Shown piece after piece: positions 1 through 7,649 of a stretch of 39,523 nucleotides of DNA. The notes under the pieces were generated by a model, which saw only the letters and a list, made by a program, of their open reading frames with translations, was not told the origin of the DNA and made no database searches. The position numbers and the translations under genes are program-made. Positions within the stretch are counted from its first letter, which is position 1. Every line of letters starts with the position of its first letter. The DNA is from a bacterium (lineage in GTDB: Bacteria; JACRDZ01; JAQUKH01), in assembly GCA_043809805.1 (NCBI GenBank), contig JBDROR010000247.1, positions 1 to 39,523 on the forward strand, written 5' to 3'.

Positions 1-298
1 CGCCTATGGTGTCCTTGCAAGTAGCAAGCAGTAAACCAAATTTATCATTTTTGTCAATCTTTAATGATTTACTTACTATGTCAAGATACCAACCCTCCGG
101 TAGTAAACCCTCGAAAAATGGAAATAGTTCATTGATTTCAAACGCTTCTTCTCTTACCGGCAAAGATATAGAAATGGGTATTCCGTTTTTAATAAAATCA
201 ATATCATAAACGAATTTATACCCATTCTCTGTTTCCTCCAATAGTCCGGCCAGTGTTTCCTTAAAATAAATTTTTGCTTTTCTTTTATTTTCTATCAT
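1..298 (-). CDS. hipA: HipA-family toxin kinase, N-terminal part only (runs off the left window edge)
   Basis: Absent from the ORF track because there is no stop in the window. Reverse-strand reading from ATG at 298 gives MIENKRKAKIYFKETLAGLLEETENGYKFVYDIDFIKNGIPISISLPVREEAFEINELFPFFEGLLPEGW. The FFEGLLPEGW motif is typical of the HipA N-terminal domain. The start overlaps the upstream HTH gene by 14 nt. Confidence 0.7.
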   Translation of the reverse strand, partial: MIENKRKAKIYFKETLAGLLEETENGYKFVYDIDFIKNGIPISISLPVREEAFEINELFPFFEGLLPEGWYLDIVSKSLKIDKNDKFGLLLATCKDTIG

Positions 299-485
299 TC
301 TTTACCGCCTCCAAATGATACCCGAAATATTCCAATAGTTGATGAACCTTATCCATTCTTACTGTTTTTTTCCCCTGTTCAAGATCTCTTATAAATCTTA
401 ATCCAACTCCCACCCTTTTGGCAAAATCTACCTGTGTCAATCCAGCTTTTTTCCGCAACTCTTTTATTTTTAATCCCATATTCAT
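285..485 (-). CDS. XRE-family helix-turn-helix antitoxin (HipB / Y4mF-like)
   Basis: 66 aa. IKELRKKAGLTQVDFAKRVGVGLRFIRDLEQGKK is a classic XRE HTH. It lies immediately upstream of, and overlaps, the HipA-like ORF. Confidence 0.8.
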   Translation of the reverse strand: MNMGLKIKELRKKAGLTQVDFAKRVGVGLRFIRDLEQGKKTVRMDKVHQLLEYFGYHLEAVKNDRK

Positions 486-487
486 AT

Positions 488-609
488 TATACCCTTTAGG
501 TTATATTTTGTCTTAAGATTATACCTTTTCAGGTATAATGTCAAGATAATTTATTACTTTTAATCTATGGAAAACAAATAATGCCACTTTCTATACCTGT
601 TAGGGTATA
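488..609. promoter_or_regulatory. Three operator-like palindromes TATACC-N6-GGTATA upstream of the hipBA-like operon
   Basis: 488-505 is tataccctttaggttata (one mismatch). 520-537 is tataccttttcaggtata (perfect). 592-609 is tatacctgttagggtata (perfect). On the minus strand two half-sites contain TATAAT (486-491 and 518-523). Confidence 0.45.
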
Positions 610-658
610 ATATCAGCATCCTCAAGCCAAAAAGGATTATAGATACAACGGTAAATAA

Positions 659-766
659 AGAAAAGCCCCGCAAGAAGCCGGGTTAAGACAATTCGAAGTT
701 GCTCATAAATTAAACAAACCGCAATCTTATATTTCAAAAATTGAGAGAGGTGAAAATAGGCATTAA
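659..766 (+). pseudogene. Fragment of an XRE-family HTH gene (C-terminal part of the HTH, no start codon)
   Basis: The frame reads RKAPQEAGLRQFEVAHKLNKPQSYISKIERGENRH*. An in-frame TAA at 656-658 lies directly upstream, so only about 35 codons remain. Confidence 0.45.
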
Positions 767-768
767 TA

Positions 769-1620
769 TCAAACTCCTACCTGCCCTGCTACTTTTTCCC
801 AATCTCCTCCGGAATTGGCTATTTTTATAATTTTTCCTATTTTTACAATATCTTTCGAAAGAGCAGAAAAATCTGATTTAGTGTCTTCAATAATACCTAA
901 CAAAATCAAATCTCTTTTTATTACTTTATTGAATCCAATGTAATTTTGTAAATCTTCTTCAAATATTGGAATTATTATATGAAATAAACAGCTTAAAGTA
1001 AGTATTATATTATTTATTGCCATTTTTAAAGAATCTTCATTTAAACTATAGATTAATGTAATTTTTTCTTTTGCCTTCTTCTCCCATATTTTTTTAAGTT
1101 TTTCCATGTTTCTAAAATTTTTTGAATGACTCATTAAACACATAATTTTATAAATAAATTCCCAATCTATATTAAGATGATCTTTACAAAAAGATGTAAC
1201 ATTAAACTGTATTTTCCCTTTTCTATCAACAAATATAGCTTCCCATTCCTTTGGATAACAAGATAGGAATATTATTCTAAAAAATGTTTCATACGCACTC
1301 CTACATAACATTATCGACTCATCATAATATCCGTTAATCAAAATTTCAAAAGAACAATGCAAAGTTTTTAATGCTTCGGGATACAAAAGATTTTGAAATT
1401 TTTTATGATTTTCCCACTTATCGCTGGGGACATAATTCAAATAATCTATAACCAATGTCAACTCTTGAAAAGAATCTTCAAAATCTTTAACAAACGGACC
1501 ATAACTGTTTAGAACAATATTCTTGTGTTTTTTAATATATTCATAAATACCCAAAGTTATTTTTGAGGGCTCATTGCTTCTGCTTTCATCTATAAGTAAT
1601 TTTAATTTTTCTTTGTCCAT
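769..1620 (-). CDS. Hypothetical protein, third gene of the AbiL-like unit; no domain recognised with confidence
   Basis: 283-aa ORF whose start overlaps the RloB-like gene by 19 nt. The motif INGYYDESIMLCRSAYETFF faintly recalls DUF5677/AbiV-type helical proteins. Confidence 0.6.
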   Translation of the reverse strand: MDKEKLKLLIDESRSNEPSKITLGIYEYIKKHKNIVLNSYGPFVKDFEDSFQELTLVIDYLNYVPSDKWENHKKFQNLLYPEALKTLHCSFEILINGYYDESIMLCRSAYETFFRIIFLSCYPKEWEAIFVDRKGKIQFNVTSFCKDHLNIDWEFIYKIMCLMSHSKNFRNMEKLKKIWEKKAKEKITLIYSLNEDSLKMAINNIILTLSCLFHIIIPIFEEDLQNYIGFNKVIKRDLILLGIIEDTKSDFSALSKDIVKIGKIIKIANSGGDWEKVAGQVGV

Positions 1621-2144
1621 AAGAAATATCCCCGCATCCCTTTCAAAATCTCTTCCAACTCCGGAATATTTTTTCGCCGCGCTTCAAACATTTCACGAGA
1701 AAATATTGCAGGGTAAGCGCGTTTATCCATTTTTTTATCACCCGAAAGATAATTTCGTTCAAATTCTTTCTTGCACATAACAGAGTAAGCTGTAACCTGT
1801 GAAAAATTAGGATACTGAAGAATCGCTAAAAATAATCCTTCAATATTTGGTGTTGCTTTCAGTATCCTGATTTTTTTTGTGTGCTTATTTATCTTACAAT
1901 CATTTTCCGATAACCTATCCGCGTCGATAAGCACAAAACATTTATCATAAGCCCTGCTCCCGCATAAACGTTTTGCTTTCTGAACAACACATTTGGGCGA
2001 ACCACCAGATCCACATTCAATTTTTACTACAATGTCATCGTCCCGTGTAACATACAGTTCTTTTAAATACTGCAGAAATGCTTTTTCTGTAGGGCCTTCT
2101 CCGACTATTAAAATTGCTGTTTTGGTACGTCTGGCCGGTTTCAT
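1602..2144 (-). CDS. RloB-like (Toprim-like) protein, AbiLii-like
   Basis: 180 aa. N-terminal TAILIVGEGPTEKAFLQYL and later CFVLIDADR fit the RloB pattern of a conserved Glu plus a DxD. There is an ATGA overlap with the upstream ATPase gene. Confidence 0.65.
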   Translation of the reverse strand: MKPARRTKTAILIVGEGPTEKAFLQYLKELYVTRDDDIVVKIECGSGGSPKCVVQKAKRLCGSRAYDKCFVLIDADRLSENDCKINKHTKKIRILKATPNIEGLFLAILQYPNFSQVTAYSVMCKKEFERNYLSGDKKMDKRAYPAIFSREMFEARRKNIPELEEILKGMRGYFLWTKKN

Positions 2145-3358
2145 ATATTTGGAACCGCTCCATATTTACCTGCCAGATATTTCGCGTAAATGTTATCATC
2201 TCTTCGCACACCTTTTAATTCATCAAGCCGATAAAGCTCGCTTTTACAATCTTTCTTTTTCTCAACAAGTATAATTTGCTCTTTTTCAAGATGATTAAGC
2301 ACTTCAAGCGAATGAGAAGTAAAAATAAGCTGGCTGTTTTTTGGATTCTTAACCGGGTTTACAAACAATTCGATTATATGCGGTATCGTATGCGGATGAA
2401 GGTCAATTTCAAGTTCATCTATAACAGCTATTCCTCCATGTTCAATCGCAGGAAAAAGAAAGTGAAGAAGTACAAACATATTTTTTGTACCGCTTGATTC
2501 ATAATTAAAAGGAAGTTTATACAACTTTTCATTTACCTTATGAACTCCATATGGTAAATTAACTTTCTTTTTATCTCCAGTTTTGGAATTATGGACTTCA
2601 CCTTCTTCGATTAAAACCCCATCGAATCCAAAGTCAATATCCTTTAAAAATTGAATAACTTTAGCAAAAATATTTTTATTTTTAACATATGATTCTGTTG
2701 CTTCTAAAATCCTTTTTTCTCCGAGAGAAGATATATCCCATGCTTTTCCCGCTCGATTAACATTGCTTATAATATTTTGCCAAAAAACAACAATGTCTGT
2801 TAAGACACTATTTTTGATGGCTACTCCCACTGAAACTAAGGATACATTTTTTCGTAATATTTTTTTTACCACCTCTGTTTCTAAACTAATATCTTGAACA
2901 ATGTCGTAACTTTCAGTTTTAGCATCCCAATTTCGTTTGAATAAATAGTTGAAATGCTGTGTTTCTTTCTTCTGGTATAGTTCTTCTTTAACAACATGTG
3001 TCCTGCATAAATACAAAATATATTTATAAACTTTTTTATTATGGTCAAATATTATTTCAAACTCAGAAACACTGTTTTTCTCTTCAGAAAATTTAAAATG
3101 ATCTATCGGAATTTCCTCTTTCTCACCCTCCAAACCAAAAAAAGAATTTCGGACAAACCAGCTAACAAATGCCAATGCCTTAAGCGCGTTCGTCTTGCCG
3201 GATGCGTTTGGCCCGACAACAATCATCACTTTACTAAGCGATTCAGTGTCGAAAAACATATTGTTTTTTGTCTCAATTCCTTTTCGAATATCCTCAAATG
3301 AGATTGTTGCCTCATCCGCAAAAGAACAAAAATTCTTAAATTTAAATGAATAAATCAT
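2141..3358 (-). CDS. AAA_21/ABC-type ATPase, AbiLi-like
   Basis: 405 aa. Walker A is GPNASGKT, Walker B-like is IAVIDELEIDLHP, and FTSHS lies downstream. Confidence 0.85.
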   Translation of the reverse strand: MIYSFKFKNFCSFADEATISFEDIRKGIETKNNMFFDTESLSKVMIVVGPNASGKTNALKALAFVSWFVRNSFFGLEGEKEEIPIDHFKFSEEKNSVSEFEIIFDHNKKVYKYILYLCRTHVVKEELYQKKETQHFNYLFKRNWDAKTESYDIVQDISLETEVVKKILRKNVSLVSVGVAIKNSVLTDIVVFWQNIISNVNRAGKAWDISSLGEKRILEATESYVKNKNIFAKVIQFLKDIDFGFDGVLIEEGEVHNSKTGDKKKVNLPYGVHKVNEKLYKLPFNYESSGTKNMFVLLHFLFPAIEHGGIAVIDELEIDLHPHTIPHIIELFVNPVKNPKNSQLIFTSHSLEVLNHLEKEQIILVEKKKDCKSELYRLDELKGVRRDDNIYAKYLAGKYGAVPNI

Positions 3359-3529
3359 TTTTTACCCCTTTTTAACTTTGTATTTCGGCATAATAATAAC
3401 ATATTAACATTTTTTTGTCAATAATTATTTATTTTATAATCCATTTTGACTATAATATGCCTTTCCCCACAAATTCATAACAAAACCGACAAATAGATTA
3501 ATCGTTTTTAATTGAACAAATTTGATGTT

Positions 3530-3628
3530 TTAGAAACTCTTCCTAACAACATCCTTGATTTTCATTAGGCAGATTTGGTTGGAGAGTTCCAGCTCGGCGA
3601 GGCGCGCAACATAACCGAACGAAAAAAC
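3530..3628 (-). pseudogene. Relic 3' end of a V-type ATPase subunit D paralogue
   Basis: Reverse frame reads VFSFGYVARLAELELSNQICLMKIKDVVRKSF*, against the intact D subunit end IKYIVMRLAELELSNQIRLMKIKDIVRKH*. Positions 3548-3605 match 35667-35724 at 50 of 58 ungapped positions. An in-frame stop lies just upstream. Confidence 0.6.
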
Positions 3629-3669
3629 TCAGAGGCGGCATGCTCGCTGTCCTCTGTAATTTGGAATCT

Positions 3670-3787
3670 AATCTATAGTAATCGGTCAGTTATTGGTGGT
3701 AGGCGCAGGCTTTAGCCTGCGAACAACAACGCAAGCTAAAGCTTGCGGCTACCGTTTCCACTAATAACTGACCGATTACAATCTATA
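3670..3787. mobile_element. MITE-like palindromic element with target-site duplication
   Basis: 22-bp terminal inverted repeats at 3678-3699 (gtaatcggtcagttattggtgg) and 3758-3779 (ccactaataactgaccgattac), with one mismatch. Two internal hairpins: cgcaggc-ttta-gcctgcg and cgcaagc-taaa-gcttgcg. The 8-bp direct repeat AATCTATA abuts both ends (3670-3677 and 3780-3787). Confidence 0.55.
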
Positions 3788-3798
3788 TTTGTTTGCAA

Positions 3799-3827
3799 TT
3801 GACATAAATTTATAATTATGGGATAAT
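3799..3827 (+). promoter_or_regulatory. Sigma70-like promoter: TTGACA, 17-nt spacer, GATAAT
   Basis: TTGACA at 3799-3804 and GATAAT at 3822-3827, only 7 nt before the GTG start at 3835. Confidence 0.35.
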
Positions 3828-3834
3828 TTCGATT

Positions 3835-4380
3835 GTGAAACGTAAAGACTATTTCATCAAAAAGGCATTTCAGTTAAAATTTGTCAGTATCTTTTTAGCT
3901 TTAATTGTCTCGGGAAGTGTAATTCTCGGGTGGGTGGTTTACGAAATGGCAAATCAAACTCTTTCACGCAGTTTTTACGAGTCGCATATTCAGATCAAGT
4001 CTACATGGGAGATTATTTTTCCCGCGGTAGTGGCGGCTACTTTACTTTCCATTTTTACAACAGGCGCTATTTGTGTAATAGTAGTTCTTGTCTTTTCTCA
4101 CAGAATCGCAGGGCCGTTATATCGTTTTGAAAAAAATTTAGAAGAAATCGCCAGAGGCAATTTTACTATAAATACCAGACTGCGAAAAACAGATGAATTT
4201 GAACTATTGGCCGATAAATTAAATCTTTTAACCCAGGAATTAAATAGACGAATAAAGGATATTAAAACAGGATTTGAAAAACTTTCGGAATGTCTTCATC
4301 CAGAAGATTCTTCAAAAAATAAAGAAATCAAAGATAACATGGAGCGGCTTAATAAGCTTTTTAGTCAATTTAGACTATAA
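3835..4380 (+). CDS. Membrane protein with two TM helices and a HAMP domain, no output domain
   Basis: 181 aa. TM segments are FVSIFLALIVSGSVILGWVVY and IIFPAVVAATLLSIFTTGAICVIVVLVF. They are followed by the HAMP-like HRIAGPLYRFEKNLEEIARGNFT...DEFELLADKLNLL. Confidence 0.7.
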   Translation: MKRKDYFIKKAFQLKFVSIFLALIVSGSVILGWVVYEMANQTLSRSFYESHIQIKSTWEIIFPAVVAATLLSIFTTGAICVIVVLVFSHRIAGPLYRFEKNLEEIARGNFTINTRLRKTDEFELLADKLNLLTQELNRRIKDIKTGFEKLSECLHPEDSSKNKEIKDNMERLNKLFSQFRL

Positions 4381-4391
4381 ATGAAACACCC

Positions 4392-5030
4392 ATGCTAACA
4401 AGTTGGCGAAAAAACGTCGTCCCCGCGAAGGCGGGGAACCAGAAAAATAATTTAAGAACACTGGATTCCCGCTTTCGCGGGAATGACGTATTGGGGTTAT
4501 GGATAATTTTGGCATTTTTGCTTTCTTTCTGCAGTATCGCCCAAAGGAATGATGGAAATAATCCGCATAATCTTGCGGCTAATTCAGAAAATTGTCTTTA
4601 TTGCCACAACAAAAGCAACATTCCTGCAGAAAGGGAAAGCTTGACAAGAGCCAGGCATACACATAAATTTAAATTAGAAATAGACTGCTGCAGTCAATGT
4701 CATATAATGGACGATACCAGAAGTAAAACCCCGAGGTTTAAAAAAAGTGTTACTGACTTATGCATTAAACCATGTCACAGCGGCGGGGCGTTAGGGGTAA
4801 GTCATCCCGTGGAGGTTGTTCCTGACTTTAAAGTGCCGGACTTTCTACCCCTGGAAAATGGGGAAGTTACCTGCGGGACATGCCATAATCCGCATAGCAG
4901 CCCGATAATAAAAACTAAGTCTTTAATAGGATGGAAAGGGGGAAAATCTTATTTCCTCAGAGTGGATAATTCACATGGAGAGCTATGCAGGACGTGCCAT
5001 GAGGCAAGTAATTGGCACAAAGAAAAATGA
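4392..5030 (+). CDS. Small multihaem c-type cytochrome (4 CXXCH); true start probably downstream, e.g. TTG 4491
   Basis: Motifs CLYCH, CSQCH, CGTCH, CRTCH, plus CIKPCH. The first ~33 codons (VVPAKAGNQ...DSRFRGND) are translation of a hairpin repeat. A signal-like LGLWIILAFLLSFCSIA follows. Confidence 0.75.
   Translation: MLTSWRKNVVPAKAGNQKNNLRTLDSRFRGNDVLGLWIILAFLLSFCSIAQRNDGNNPHNLAANSENCLYCHNKSNIPAERESLTRARHTHKFKLEIDCCSQCHIMDDTRSKTPRFKKSVTDLCIKPCHSGGALGVSHPVEVVPDFKVPDFLPLENGEVTCGTCHNPHSSPIIKTKSLIGWKGGKSYFLRVDNSHGELCRTCHEASNWHKEK
4425..4488. repeat. Hairpin repeat pair (family C, gtcattcccgc..gcgggaatc type)
   Basis: ccccgcgaaggcgggg, and ctggattcccgctttcgcgggaatgacg. The latter is nearly identical to 36300-36327. 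Confidence 0.8.
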
Positions 5031-5047
5031 AAATTGAGTGAAACATT

Positions 5048-6172
5048 ATGATAAAAGAACTAAAAAAATTAGTCCGTCCAAACCTCTTTAAAATTTCCCC
5101 CTATATCCCCGGCAAGTCAAAAGAGGAAATTTGCGGAGAATTTAACCTGCAAAAAGATGCTGTTATAAAAATGGCTTCTAACGAAAATGATTTGGGCGTA
5201 CCTGACTTTATTACCAAGACAATAAGAGAATGTTTGGATGAAATATATTTGTATCCGGAAGGATGCGGGAAAGAAGTTTGTAAAAAACTGGGACATTTGT
5301 GGGGAATTTCTCCGGATAATTTTATACTCGGGAACGGGTGTGATGAAATTATTTCTATGATTTGTGAGACATTTTTGAATCCGGGCGAAGAGGTAATTAT
5401 AGGAAATCCCACGTTTAGTTATTATGAAATTGCCAGCCGTATATCTGACGCCAAATGTATTTTCACGCCGTTAAAAAATTATAAATATGATCTTGCGGGA
5501 ATTTTAGAAACGATTACTTCAAAAACAAAACTGGTTTTTATTTGCAACCCCAATAATCCTACGGGAACAATCGTGACAAAAGAAGAAGTCGATAAGTTCC
5601 TTCTTTTATTACCGGATCATGTAATAGCGATTTTTGACGAGGCATACGCGGAATATGTGGATGATCCGAATTTCCCAAATAGCGTGGAATATATCAAGGG
5701 AGATACTGAAAAGAACGTAATTATTTTAAGAACGTTTTCTAAGGTCTATAGCCTTGCGGGACTGAGAATTGGGTATGGTATCGCAAGCAATGAAATCATA
5801 AAATACCTTAACCTTGTCAGAAAGCCATTTAATGTGAATAGATTAGCCCAGCACGCGGCATTGATTTCTTTGGAACATAAAGAATGGCTGGATAAATCGA
5901 GGAAGATGGTTTTTGACGGGAAAGAATATCTTTATAAACACCTGGACAAATTAGGGCTTCGATATATTCCGACTCAGGCCAATTTTTTATTGGTTGAATT
6001 AGGGGCTAATGCGAAAATAATTTCTGACAAATTACTGGCTTGCGGAATAATCGTCCGCCCAACAGCCAGTTTTGGGCTGCCTGATTTTATCAGAGTGACC
6101 ATAGGCACCAAAGAGCATAATAAAAGGTTTATCGAGGCTCTTGAGAAGAACAGCAATATATTCTCAATTTAA
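5048..6172 (+). CDS. hisC: Histidinol-phosphate aminotransferase
   Basis: 374 aa. MASNENDLG, NPNNPTG and the FSKVYSLAGLRIGYG lysine motif are typical class-II aminotransferase HisC features. Confidence 0.9.
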   Translation: MIKELKKLVRPNLFKISPYIPGKSKEEICGEFNLQKDAVIKMASNENDLGVPDFITKTIRECLDEIYLYPEGCGKEVCKKLGHLWGISPDNFILGNGCDEIISMICETFLNPGEEVIIGNPTFSYYEIASRISDAKCIFTPLKNYKYDLAGILETITSKTKLVFICNPNNPTGTIVTKEEVDKFLLLLPDHVIAIFDEAYAEYVDDPNFPNSVEYIKGDTEKNVIILRTFSKVYSLAGLRIGYGIASNEIIKYLNLVRKPFNVNRLAQHAALISLEHKEWLDKSRKMVFDGKEYLYKHLDKLGLRYIPTQANFLLVELGANAKIISDKLLACGIIVRPTASFGLPDFIRVTIGTKEHNKRFIEALEKNSNIFSI

Positions 6173-6394
6173 AAGCACAAAAACCTGTATTTTACGAAGT
6201 TCGTATTTTGTAACATTACGGGCTTTTTACGAAATATAAAACTAATTTATTGTAATAAAGCATCAAAAATTAGTGAAAAGTGTGTAATTATTGTTAAAAT
6301 TTCCGGCAATTATGAACTTCGTATATTAATTGTTGTCAGAGAAAAAATAAATTAAAAACCATTGTGAAGTTGTATATTCTGAAAGGAGAAAATA

Positions 6395-7498
6395 TTGAAA
6401 AAAAGCGTTTTTATCTCCTCAACATTTGATGATCTAAAAGAGATTAGAAAAAAAGTTTGGCAATTATTAAAAGAACACGATGTGATAATTAAGGGAATGG
6501 AGGATTTTGGGGCAAGAAAAGCAAAACCATTAGAAACATGCCTTAATGAAGTATCTCAATCTGACATTTATATTGGGATAATCGCTTTCCGATTGGGAAC
6601 AATTGATGAAAAAACAGGTAAGTCAATTACCCAACTTGAATACGAAAAAGCCTTGGAATTGGGTAAAGAGATATTAATATATTTTATGGACGATAAATTA
6701 TCTTCTATTGCTCCTATTTATGTAGATAAAGGCTCAGATGCGGATGCACTTAAAATATTTAAAGAAACATTAAAAGAAAATCATACAGTTGACTTTTTTA
6801 TCAACCCAGATGATTTATCTAATAAATTATCTAATAGATTTTCCATATTACTTACCAAATTGAATCCAGAACCAATTCAAGAAAAAGATAAATCAAAAGG
6901 CATACTGCAGAAATTTATTGTGATGCCAAAAATTCTTAGTGGTTTTGAAATTGAATGCAAGCTAAAAATTAACAGTAGCCCATTTCCTTTATCAAACGAG
7001 ATATGTAGAAATTTTAACTTCCAATTTGGAGAGACGGCTGGATTTGGAATAGAGTTCATAGATCCAAAGATAAAAGAAAATCCAATTGACCTACTTGTTG
7101 TTGAAAAATATTTGTTTGATGATTTTATTAAGAATAGTAAGTCAGAAGATGAGTTTAGTGTAGAGCTTTTATTTTCGAAAAATAGTGCAGAAAAAATATC
7201 CACATTTTTTAATAAGAAAAGACTTAGTATTGAAATCGAGAATCCGAAATACGATCCATCTATTCCAGAATCTGATTCAAATATATTATCTTCAACAACA
7301 TCTGTTTTTACCTTGGGAAATTTATTTGGAATGAAGTATAATCCAAAATATATTTATAAAACTATAGTTGAAAAAGGCGAAGGGCAAGTATTAGCAAGAT
7401 TAAAATCAATTAAAAATACCATAAATAAAGAATTAGAAACTGACAACAAAGCGCCAGACTGTGTGAAAACTCGGTTTTCCAAAAACAAGACCCAATAA
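6395..7498 (+). CDS. DUF4062-domain protein with an unknown C-terminal region of about 250 aa
   Basis: TTG start preceded by AGGAG. N-terminus VFISSTFDDLKEIRKKV...CLNEVSQSDIYIGIIAFRLG...SITQLEYEKALELGKEILIYF matches the DUF4062 pattern. Confidence 0.7.
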   Translation: MKKSVFISSTFDDLKEIRKKVWQLLKEHDVIIKGMEDFGARKAKPLETCLNEVSQSDIYIGIIAFRLGTIDEKTGKSITQLEYEKALELGKEILIYFMDDKLSSIAPIYVDKGSDADALKIFKETLKENHTVDFFINPDDLSNKLSNRFSILLTKLNPEPIQEKDKSKGILQKFIVMPKILSGFEIECKLKINSSPFPLSNEICRNFNFQFGETAGFGIEFIDPKIKENPIDLLVVEKYLFDDFIKNSKSEDEFSVELLFSKNSAEKISTFFNKKRLSIEIENPKYDPSIPESDSNILSSTTSVFTLGNLFGMKYNPKYIYKTIVEKGEGQVLARLKSIKNTINKELETDNKAPDCVKTRFSKNKTQ

Positions 7499-7557
7499 AA
7501 TCAAGGGTTTACAAGTTAAGAAATCCCAAAAAATGGGGTTTTCACACAGTCTGGCGC
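7451..7557. repeat. Perfect 20-bp inverted repeat with a 67-nt spacer
   Basis: gcgccagactgtgtgaaaac at 7451-7470 and gttttcacacagtctggcgc at 7538-7557. The left arm encodes the last residues of the DUF4062 protein. Confidence 0.85.
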
Positions 7558-7649
7558 TTCAAGCGACGCCTAACGGCGCGCCTGAGCTAAGACGTTGCAA
7601 GAGAAAAAATAGGAAATTAAGATTAAAGAAAAATAAAGAGGATAAGTTG

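Noticed and set aside
6-209. 67-aa plus-strand ORF at the left edge
   Set aside because: It is antisense to the HipA-like N-terminal reading frame, which carries a recognisable family motif and is coupled to the HTH antitoxin gene.
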